From assembly GCA_963828125.1 (NCBI GenBank), contig CAWHDP010000002.1, positions 928,001 through 992,000 of the forward strand: a stretch of DNA of 64,000 bases, read 5' to 3'. The position numbers were made by a program, and so were the translations under genes. Shown in pieces: positions 30,974 through 41,000 of the stretch. This stretch comes from an uncultured Chlamydiae bacterium (GTDB taxonomy: Bacteria > Chlamydiota > Chlamydiia > Chlamydiales > SM23-39). The notes under the pieces were generated by a model. The model did no database searches and had not been told where the DNA came from. It worked only from the letters and a program-made list of their open reading frames with translations. Each line of letters begins with the position of its first letter. The first letter of the stretch is position 1.

Positions 30974-32042
30974 TGATAACCCCTAACAAACTTGCCTGAG
31001 TTCTCTCCATCACATTTGCTATGTGCTTTTGACTATAATGAGCATACCGCCTGGTCATTGTGGGTGTTTTGTGACCGAGAATAGCCATTAACTCCCCCTG
31101 AGTTGCACCACTCATCGCTAAAAAGGATGCTGCAGCATGCCGAAGATCATGAAATCGAAAATTTGGAACTTTTGCCCTTTGGAGAGCTTTTACAAAAGCA
31201 TTCCGAATATCTACCAATCCCGATCGATTAGTGGGACTCGTTGGCTTGAAAATCAGACCAGACGCAATATCAGTTTTTTGCCAACTCAACAAAATCTTCT
31301 CTACCGCTTCAGTTAAAGGAAGAATCCTCCTTTCTCCATTCTTCGTTTTCTCTAGAGTGATAGTCCGATGCTGGCGATCGATATCTTCCCATTTCAACCC
31401 AACAATTTCACCGAACCGCATGCCAGTCAAAAGCGCTAGAGAAACGATGGGAAAAAGATGAGGATTAGGGGAAATCTTGCATTCCTGCAAAAGACGATCT
31501 TTCTCCTCTAGACTCAGAAGTCGATTCCTTCCATTTCCTTCAGATGGCTTTGAGACTTTTCTCATAGGGGTATCATCAATCCATCCCCACTCTTTCATCG
31601 CAATAGTCAAAGCTCTGGAAAAAGCGGCCAGATATCGATTGACCGTTGCTGGATTCCGTAATTTTTGCCGAATCGTTGCTTCTGCAAGCAAGACATCTCT
31701 TGCTTCAGCAATGACAGCAGGAGTTAAATCTGCTAGTAGTAGATAGCCAAGTCTTTCTTTCCACCAAGCTAGATAAGCTGTTTGCCTGACTACCCTATGA
31801 GGAAACTGTGACAACCATTGAGTAGTAAATCGATCTATTAAATCTTTGACTGTGTGCTTTTTTGCTTCGGCAATGCGAACGTGGCGACCATCTCGAATGG
31901 CAGACTCTGTGTCTTGAATCCATTTCTTTGCCAATGTCCTTGTACGAAAGGATTCTCTTTGAGGAGGATAACCTTTTAGGCGAACCTCAGCGTGATAGGT
32001 AACTGATCCATCTTTCTTTCTCGCTTCTCGAATCGCACCCAT
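30960..32042 (-). CDS. Tyrosine recombinase/integrase
   Basis: TGMRFGE (R), KTKNG (K), HDLRH, LGH, RRYAH (Y); N-terminal arm-binding-like segment. Confidence 0.96.
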   Translation of the reverse strand: MGAIREARKKDGSVTYHAEVRLKGYPPQRESFRTRTLAKKWIQDTESAIRDGRHVRIAEAKKHTVKDLIDRFTTQWLSQFPHRVVRQTAYLAWWKERLGYLLLADLTPAVIAEARDVLLAEATIRQKLRNPATVNRYLAAFSRALTIAMKEWGWIDDTPMRKVSKPSEGNGRNRLLSLEEKDRLLQECKISPNPHLFPIVSLALLTGMRFGEIVGLKWEDIDRQHRTITLEKTKNGERRILPLTEAVEKILLSWQKTDIASGLIFKPTSPTNRSGLVDIRNAFVKALQRAKVPNFRFHDLRHAAASFLAMSGATQGELMAILGHKTPTMTRRYAHYSQKHIANVMERTQASLLGVINESK

Positions 32043-32278
32043 ATGCCCTTCTCCATAAAAGGCAAGAGTGTAGAAAAAACTGGATTAAATGACAACAAAG
32101 AGATCAACAGTCTCTCGACCAATCACACTTAACATACTGAATATCAAACTTAAAAGATTTTATTCCTGAGTAAATTACGCATTTGTTACGCACTTTAGAA
32201 ATGTTTTTACACTCAACGCGGACACCCAAGCCATTCTTTTAATGGCCTATTAATGCCTGCACCTGCTATACATGGAGT

Positions 32279-32343
32279 CATAAAGCATCCCACTTAGCAC
32301 TGCTAGGTGGCCGCCACGGGTTCCGTATCCGTGGTTTTTTTTT
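32279..32343 (+). ncRNA. Candidate structured leader RNA upstream of NYN gene
   Basis: Hairpin ccacttagc/gctaggtgg (32290-32310), then gccacggg/tccgtggt stem and T9. Confidence 0.55.
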
Positions 32344-32354
32344 GGAGGGAAACA

Positions 32355-33113
32355 GTGGAGTACGAACGAATCATCTGTTTTGTCGACGGGTTCAATATGT
32401 ACCACGCCTTGAAGAACCTCCAATTACCGCACCTAAAATGGCTAGATTTACAGCTGCTATTCAGCCGACTGACCCGCTCAAAGTCCCAGGTGATAACACA
32501 GATCCTCTTCTTTTCGGCCTACCCTACCTGGAAACCAGACTCATACCACAGACATAAACTCTACATTAAGGCTCTATCATCTCATGGGGTTACCCCAATC
32601 TTGGGGCAATTTAAAAATAAGCCCAAAAAATGCTTGAAATGCAAAGCGGAATGGATAAGCCACGAAGAAAAAGAAACGGATGTTAATCTGGCGCTCGCGA
32701 TGCTGGATTTAGCTTATAAGGATCGTTACGACCACGCCTTCCTCTTATCAAGAGACTCCGACCTCGCCCCCGCTGTACGCAAAGTCAAACAAAATTTCCC
32801 CGACAAGAAAATAACAGTCTTTTCCCCATACAACTACCGCCACAGCTCAGAATTAATGCAAGCATGTGACGGACATAAGACAATAAATTTCAGGCACATA
32901 TCTACCTCCTTATTCCCCGAACAAGTATATGATGCGGGAGGAAATCTTGTTGTTATTCGCCCCCCTGAATACGCGCCCCCTAATAAACTCGCCCAAAAAC
33001 CTGATGAAGCAACACCGCTCGAACAAATAATTGCCGACAAGATGGAGACATCCTTCTTAAGTGAAGTTCCTGACAAAGACTCCGACAGGCAGAGAGGGGA
33101 GCCCCTCAGATAA
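32355..33113 (+). CDS. NYN (LabA/DUF88) domain ribonuclease with CxxC insert
   Basis: FVDGFNMYH; CLKC; EEKETDVNL; SRDSDLAP; GTG start after GGAGG. Confidence 0.9.
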   Translation: MEYERIICFVDGFNMYHALKNLQLPHLKWLDLQLLFSRLTRSKSQVITQILFFSAYPTWKPDSYHRHKLYIKALSSHGVTPILGQFKNKPKKCLKCKAEWISHEEKETDVNLALAMLDLAYKDRYDHAFLLSRDSDLAPAVRKVKQNFPDKKITVFSPYNYRHSSELMQACDGHKTINFRHISTSLFPEQVYDAGGNLVVIRPPEYAPPNKLAQKPDEATPLEQIIADKMETSFLSEVPDKDSDRQRGEPLR

Positions 33114-33163
33114 CGGGGCTTATATGAGGAGTTACCCCCTCAGATAACGGCTTATATGAGGGG
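33102..33163. repeat. Two tandem dyad sites CCTCAGATAA-N4/N6-TTATATGAGG
   Basis: 33102-33131 and 33136-33163. Confidence 0.8.
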
Positions 33164-33239
33164 CTAATGGTTTTATACCCCCCAGTTAAAAGTCCTGCAA
33201 TCGGCGCAGCCAACAAGCTATTGGCTTTATTCCCATTTT

Positions 33240-33275
33240 AAGGCTTCAGTTTCACGACTGAAGCCTTTTGTTTTT
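33240..33275 (+). terminator. Rho-independent terminator
   Basis: aaggcttcagt-ttcacg-actgaagcctt followed by ttgttttt. Confidence 0.75.
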
Positions 33276-33497
33276 AGCGACATACAACACAAAATTCGCA
33301 CTGAAAAATTCAGCTGCGTAAAGTCCAATTACGCAAATTTTACGCAGTAGACTGGATGAAACTGAAGTAAAACCCTACGTCCTCTTTCCCATTTAGCCAA
33401 CAAGATATTGGCCAACTGACAATAAGCATTTTTCACGAAAAACAGCCTCTTTTTGTGAAATCTAGACTTTCCTTATGGCTAATTTCACAAAAACATG

Positions 33498-34160
33498 CTA
33501 ACTTTTGTGAAAAGTAGAGGCTAATCCGAATGCTTCATAGGGCTGAAACAGCAATAAAAAATAGGCCCGCTCAACGATGAGCTCAGCTGCCGTGCGATGT
33601 GTGGTTGCCCAAAGCATCTTATTTTGTACCTTCTTGAAGAAAAGTTGAGCCTGCTCACTCTTGGGATCGTAGTCGATGGCTGTCGCATAAATATCCCGCA
33701 CTTTTTGATAAAACCGCTTTTCTGAAGCCCGAATCTCACGAATCCTCTCCAACCACTCATCGAAATAATCCCAAGGCTTCGGCTCTTTTAAGCGAGCATC
33801 ATCCATTACAAAGCCTTTCACAAGGTACTCTTGCAAATGAATAGTAGCCCACCTACGAAACTGGACACCTCTTTGAGATTCCACTCTATAGCCAATTGCA
33901 AGGATCATACTGAGATTGTATAACTTAGTCTTATAGCGCTTGCCATCAGCAGCAGTTGTCAAGTTATCCTTGACGACTGCTTCTGACAATTCATTTGTTG
34001 AAAGTATGTTCTTGATATGCAAGCTGATATTTTGCTTGGTTGTTTGAAATAGGTCAGCAAGCTCCATCTGCGTCAACCAAACTGTCTCTCCCTGAGCCTT
34101 GAGATGAATCGCGGTTTTCCCATCCTCAGTGGTATAAAGAATAATCTCTCCATTAGACAT
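33498..34160 (-). pseudogene. RhuM-family protein, C-terminally truncated
   Basis: ETVWLTQ..LF; YNLSMILAIGYRV.S..G.QFRRWAT; IREIRASEKRFYQKV; family-like sequence ends after AELIVERA. Confidence 0.8.
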
Positions 34161-34546
34161 AACCCACTTCCTTTGAACTTAATTTTTTAGAGAAATCGTA
34201 GCTGAGATGGGAAAACCTCTCCAGGAAAAAGTTCTGAAATAGCATCTCTTTCAAGCGCTGCGTCAGCAATTACAGCAGGCGAGCAAACGTGCACGTCGTC
34301 GCCTAGAGGAGGCAGCTGATGAACAACGCTCTTGACGAAGCCTGTGCCATTCTTAATGATTTTGAAAAAGAAGTGGCACAGGTTGAGAAAGATTCAACAG
34401 ATTTGTATCGAATGTGGCTTCATGGAGCAACCGATATTTGGGAGCGCAACAAATTGGAACGATGGCTGACGGATTATCCTCCATCTACGGCCAGTTTTCG
34501 CCAACCATTTCAGCCACAGCCTCAGCAACTACCACTTCTTCTTCAT

Positions 34547-35089
34547 TTATATTTCTAGCTCCAATCCTTGACTGACAGCTATCTCGCTTAAAGCCTCTGT
34601 GTATGTTTCTCTACATATGGGATGATCATCATCTGCACCAGTGTAATATTCCAAAACACCATCAATAGATGAAATGTAACCAATCTTGTCGGAAGGAAGT
34701 TTGTTCCTATCTGGGCCATAAATAAATATTCTTATTTCTACATTTTTAGAAGTAAATGGATATTCATGAAGGTAAGGTCTAACATCTTGGTTATTATTGA
34801 CATCAGAAATATATTCATTAATGGCATAAATTAGCAATTCCCTTGCCTGCTCTAAATTGACTTCATGGTAATAATTGAAACTCATGGCTAGCATTTCTAT
34901 TTCATGCATCATTTGCCCACCAGTTCCGATTAAGATCAGATTTTTTTTCTCTTTTAATTTTTTTGCAGTCTCTTGAGTGATTTGATTAACAATTGTTTCA
35001 TCCTCTGACAATTTACACGTCATAGAGTTACAGCCAAAAGCTAAGAAAATTATTAATAAAACTAGAGATAAATTAAAAAAACACTTCAT
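34547..35089 (-). CDS. Lipoprotein, candidate immunity protein of the RHS toxin
   Basis: Lipobox LAFGC; ATGA overlap with the RHS stop. Confidence 0.75.
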   Translation of the reverse strand: MKCFFNLSLVLLIIFLAFGCNSMTCKLSEDETIVNQITQETAKKLKEKKNLILIGTGGQMMHEIEMLAMSFNYYHEVNLEQARELLIYAINEYISDVNNNQDVRPYLHEYPFTSKNVEIRIFIYGPDRNKLPSDKIGYISSIDGVLEYYTGADDDHPICRETYTEALSEIAVSQGLELEI

Positions 35090-38000
35090 TGCACTCCTCC
35101 ATATTTTTTTATATAGTCTTTAGTATGACGCTTGATTGATTCTGCAAAAGTGGGGCTTAAAAAATCATGATCAAAAAAATTGGCGTCTGGATGGGGATCT
35201 AATATGATCAACTCATCTCGATATCTTATCTTCCCAATAATATCAAAGTGAGTGACAAAATCATGCCTACTCATATAGTTATAGGATCGGAAACATAACT
35301 TTCTAGGTACAATCTCAGCAGGAGCAATCGCTAAAACTATAATGCGTTGCCGAACCTCCTCTGGAGACGTTAGTAGTGCATTTTTGACATGAGTAGCTCC
35401 ATGACTATGGCAGTACTGAAGAAATTTTGCTTCAGGTCTACTTATTGCAAAAAAATCATGCCATCTATCTTTTATTTTCTGAGTTGGAGGGGTCATAATT
35501 CCAATACGCCCTAGTCCAGAATCAATTAGATCTCCAATGACGCTGTTTGATGCATTGTATACCCCATAAACTGTCGCCCCTCCTGCATACCCACTTAGGT
35601 ACCTTGCTTTTGCCATTGACTCTTCTTTAGTATTTGCAATGCCATTGATAAAGCCGATAGCGCCATTTGGCAAATTAAATGAGCCAACTTGAAAAGACTC
35701 TGAATGGGTAAGATTGTGATTATAACAATACGCAGAAAGCCAATTGCCAGCCCTAACAGTTTGGCTGTAACCAGTAAGATGATCTAGCCCTGCAATAACT
35801 GTAGGTTTTGTCACTTGATAAGCATAAGACGCAAATCGACCATCTGGATCAAAGTAATTAACTGGATCCCCATTAGCGTAAGCATATAGATCTAGGCACA
35901 TCGGGTAAGACACCGGATCTTGGCTTAAGAATTGACCGCTTCTAGAATCATAGTATCTATCCCCCATCCAGATGAAACCTGTTGGATCTTGGGCCTTACT
36001 ATGCCAATTCAAAGACTGGGCATAGGAAATCAGATCTGAAGAAACAGAAGGATTTATCTCAAGAGGTCCATAGAAGGAAGGAGACTTTTCGCTATAGAGG
36101 GTTCCTTGGTGAGAAACAACTCCTGTCAGCTGCCTCAATGCATTGTGCATTAGGGTAACGGATGCTCCTGTTTCATCACTGATCGCATCGCAAGCATCCG
36201 GCCCATAAATTTTCCAGAAAGTTTTCCCTCCGATTTGTATCCCGATCTCTTGGAATTCTTCCTCAGGATCGTAGAGAGAGTTGGTGATTAAAGTTTGCTC
36301 TCCTGATTTTGCGTATCGCGTTTGAAGTCTTCTGCCAAAAGCATCATAAGCAACCTCCCATGAATAAGAAGGATCAGTAATTTTGACTAACCTGCCCCAT
36401 GGATCCCAGGATAACTGTTTTTGGCCATGAGTAATAACCTCACCCATTAAATTGTAACCAGTTGAAAGAGGTATCTTTTCGAATACTGAAGCAAGAATTC
36501 TGCCAAAGTCATCTAAGCTGTTTTGAGGAACATACCATCCTGGAGCGGCTGTTCGAACGCCGGTGCCTGCAGAATCAAAGTCAAAATCATATTTTTCAGA
36601 TCCAGTCGATCTTAAATATCCCCGTTCATTGTAAGAGAAACTTTGTTCTTTTCCCGGAGCTATGTAGGTGCAGATTTTCCCTGAAGGATACCAATCAAGC
36701 TGTTCTTGATAGGATCCTTCGGGTAGACGTGTCAGAACGGTTTCCGGTAGCCCAGATGTGTTATAATTGATTATGGTAGAGTTCAGCCTACTATTTTTGC
36801 TCTTCAGAGCTCCGCTGAGTTCATATGAATAGGACACCCCTACATGCTGAGTTGTAACCTGCACAAGTTGGTTGTTTTGATAGATAAAGTCACGGACATG
36901 GCTTCCAATCTGCAAAGAACGGCCATTAGCAGTCCATTTTTGCTTGGTCTGCTGAATCAATTGGGAATTCAAATAGACCGACTCAAGAGCCAAGTTACCA
37001 TCCGCATCATAAGAGCGTTCTACGAGCGAATTTTCGCTTTGCGATCCATATACCCAGCTAGATAGCCATGAAGAAGTTATGTCCGTAGTTTGATTGACTG
37101 TTGCAAGAAACCCTCTTGGCTCATATGTATAGATACGCTTACCACCTCCAACGCTATCTTGGAAGATCTTTCCATGCGAATCGTAAAGATACATGTGGGT
37201 TCTTTGCATAGGGTCTGTAGCTTCCGTAAGATAACCACCTTCATAAGAGAAAGTCCATCGCTCAGAAGAACCTCTTGAAGAGACTAACTCTTCCCATTTC
37301 TTTCTATGCATTGAATCATAGGAAGCTTTCCAGACATTGCCGTTAGGTAGATGGTACTCGGCTAGATTAGAGTCTAGATCATAAACAAATTCAACAGCAC
37401 TTCGATCAGGGAGTTCTCGCCTTTCTAAACGTCCTAATCCATCGAACTCTTGACGAGTTACCCTGCCATCTCCATCAATTGAGGTGATGCAATTGCCACA
37501 AGCATCATATTCATAACTAACGGTAATGTCTCCTTTTTCAACTCTTACAGGAAGCCCAAGAGCATTTCTCCAGGTAATCGTTCTTTCCTCTCCTTCAATG
37601 ACCTCTTCCTTATCGTTTTCAGGATCAAAATGGAATTGGGAAACAGCGATAAGAGTTCCTCTAGAATCATTGACCTCTGACTTAATAGCCTTTCCACCAG
37701 CGTACTGAGTTGTGGTAGTCTCCCCGCTCGGAAGACGGCAAACGACAACGTCATCGTGATAATTCCAACTTGTGTGCTTACCACTAGGGCTTATCTCGGT
37801 CTTAGGACGATTAAGGCCATCATAAGTTTTTTCTGAAGTATAGCCCGCTGCATCAGTAAGCTTGATGAGATTGCCTCTTGGGTCAAATTCGCTGATTTCA
37901 GAAATTTTCGTTGTCAGATGAGTTCTTATTACTCGGTGATGAGCATCGTCGTATTTGATTTCCCAGGCAACATCATTCTTTGTTTCTAGAATTGGCCGTC

Positions 38001-41000
38001 CCAAGAAATCGTACACAACCTTATTCTTAGTCCCGTCCGGATAAATCTCCTCTTTGAGAAGCCCATTTGTTGTGTAATGACGCGTGACTTGTCCTCCAGA
38101 TGGGGACGTAATGGTTTCAACGAGGCCTCCAGCTTCGTATGAAAAATGAGTTGTATGACCTTCTTTGGTTTCGTCTGTAATCCGGCCCAAAGGATCGTAG
38201 TCTCTATAGGTGACATATCCTCTAGGATCTGTTTCCTCGATGAGATACCCACAGAGGTTATATTCATAAAGGGTATAGGCAATCGAACGACTTGGGGTAA
38301 GCGACTGTCTTTTAGCTTTAACGAGCCCTGAAGCGTGATAATCAAAATAGACGACATTCTCAGAATTAGCCGTCTGTTTCCAGATAGGGGCGTTGTTCAG
38401 ATCATATCCGATATAGGTTGCAGAAAGAAGTTCTCCAGAAGGAGAGAATATTTTTGACTCACTCTGATTTCCCATGAGGTCATAGTCGCCCTCACGAGTT
38501 CCATCAACAGAAACAACCTCTATGCACTGGCCTTGGGTGTTATAGGCATAAGTGGTGACAACATCGGGGTCTTCTGTCCCCGTTAGTTCGATTTTTTCTC
38601 TAGGGAATCCTCGATCATTATAATGCCAAATAATGACCGCCCCAGAACGGTCTTCTTTTTCCAACTGTCCTAAAGAATTGTAGTCAAAATCAAGGTAGGA
38701 AGTCAGAGTATTTCCGCTATATTTCTCGATTCTTTTGGGTAAATAAGGGAAGGTAGGGTCGTAAGTCGTGAGTGTTCTTTGTCCATAGACTTCTTCTTCA
38801 ATACAGAGATTGCGCTCATTATAGGCGAGTTTTTTCTTAATCTCTGAGTCCCCATTTCCCGTGAGATCTTCACCTTTTAGCGTGATAAGTTCAGGATTTC
38901 CGCGATTGTCGTAGAGATAAGAGGTTGTGAGCCCTCGTTTATCCGTTGTGGACTTTAGGCTTCGGATAGCTCCGCCCTTTTGATTCCATTCAACGACCTG
39001 CTCTGTTTCGGGATCGAACCATGATTTTTTATCTATGAACCAAGCTTGAAGAGTAGTAAATCCTAAAGGATCAGTTATTTTATAAATCTGCTTGTCATGA
39101 ATTTGATAGGTTGTTTTTTCTCCTTTCGCGTCTGTGACGATCGTTTTCCCATTGGCATATTCGAATGTGGCGGTTCGGACCATTTGTTGTCTATAACCCA
39201 TGGGAGATCTTTGTTCTTTGATCTTCCCCTCATCGTTATAGACGTTTTCTAGGACCTTTCCGTGAGGTTTTGTCTCTCGAATGACCCGATGGTTCCGGTC
39301 ATATGTATAACTGATTTCAGCTGTATTAGGGAGGGTGACTTTAACGAGATCTCCTTGTGAATCATAATCATAGGAGATACGTCTGCCATCTTTGGCATAG
39401 ATTTCAGAGATATTGCCTTCATGATTGTAGTGGACACCGCAGAAATCCCCATTGGAACTTTCGATACGAGATAAGCGATCATCTTTATAAGAGAAAGAAA
39501 GAGTATTCCCTCTAACATCTACCCAATGTTGCAGAAGGCCATCTTTATAGGATCGTTTTGATCCATCCGCTCCATATAAGACATCGTTTTCGATGTAGGA
39601 ATGGAAAGGGCTAGCCGAGCTGCCTATCCCGTGCTGATTAAAATTGTTGAGCTCTGGGTTTTCTTCTGGAAAAACTTCCCATCGATCGGTTTGTCGATTG
39701 TAGCTATAAACGATCACAGTCCCATCTAATTCAGCAGCAAAGCGTTTACCATCTTGGTCTACAAGGAACGGATTTAAGCTGAGCTTCCATCCGCAACCAA
39801 GGTCTCCAATAAGGGGGTTTTGGCTGTTATAGTTACGGCGAATCGTTAGAGGGAGGGGTCCTGGAAGAACCAGATCGATTTCATCAATATAGAACGCCCC
39901 TGACACAATATCAACTGGATCTGCCACATAGTTCCACCCATCTTTAAAGCCTGCTCTTACATCAGAAATCCAATCTCTGTTCCCTGGTGTAGATTTTTCA
40001 ATGATGGGGAGGGTACGAGTTGGCGTATCGGAGAAATTAGGCTGAGTGGGAACTTGGAGTGCATAGCCATTCATATAGCTACTAGATGTAGGAACAAGCT
40101 CCCAGTTTCTAATCGCCCAGGGAGATAGATAATGGTTGGGAAGTGGGGTCCCCAGCCCTCCATTGGTTACGATGTCGTTGATGGAAATCAGGGCATACCA
40201 TGCATGGGGACTTGTGATGATGGTTCCCATTTCTTTACGCGTTCCATCCAAACTGTTTACCAATCCAGGAGTCATGTAAGCATAAGTCCAGCTGCTCCAT
40301 GGCTGATTCGGATCCATAAGACTTTGCAATATGCTCCATTGCCATGGCGAGACAGTTTTTAAATCTGAAAGGTTAAAGTCTTTTAAGTTAGAGAAATATT
40401 GGCTTTGAGCAGATTCTGGGTTTTTATTGGCGGCTTCAAAGCTAGCGGGAGTAAGAGTCAGAAATCCCTGGCCTTCTAGTCCCTGCTTTTGTTGTTCAAG
40501 GTGAGCCAATTGCAACAGTTTCACTGTAGAAACGGCATAATCGTCTTTAAAGACTTCTCGCAGAATCTGGTGTTCATTCGAAGAACCGTCGATTAAAGAA
40601 AGTGCCTCGAAACCAGTCCTAGCTGTATGCATCTCCTGGTGCCAGACTGAGGGGGCAGCAAGTGGCACAGGGCCTACATGACACAAGAACATGTCCACTT
40701 GAGGAAGCACAAGATCTTCTTCACCCCTAAAAGAGCCTTTCGACAAATCTGGAGAGAGTTTAGCAAGGCCAAACCCAAATGGCACTGTAGGATTGACCTT
40801 ATGCAGCGCGGCGAGAATATTGGTCGATCTACTGCATTTTTCGAAATATGACGCCCCTACGAAAGACAAAAGAGCTAACAGCTTCTTCTTTTCATCTTTT
40901 TCAACTTTAAATTTTTCATAACATTGCGATGCAACCTTAGGGCTATCGCTGCCAAAGTGAGAGCAAAGGGCTGCACTTGTTCCCTTATTGATAGAGTACG

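Larger units (their letters stand above)
22039..33355. mobile_element. tmRNA-integrated satellite/IME-like element (first unit of the island)
   Basis: Tyrosine integrase, xis-like gene, P-loop replication protein, iteron ori, cargo; bracketed by a 29-bp inverted repeat at 22135-22163 and 33327-33355. Confidence 0.7.

Noticed and set aside
33102..33163. Possible CRISPR mini-array
   Set aside because: Only two units separated by 4 nt, no spacers and no cas genes; no CRISPR array was seen anywhere in the window
34319..34558. 79-aa plus-strand ORF
   Set aside because: No recognisable motif; probably a gene remnant at a junction
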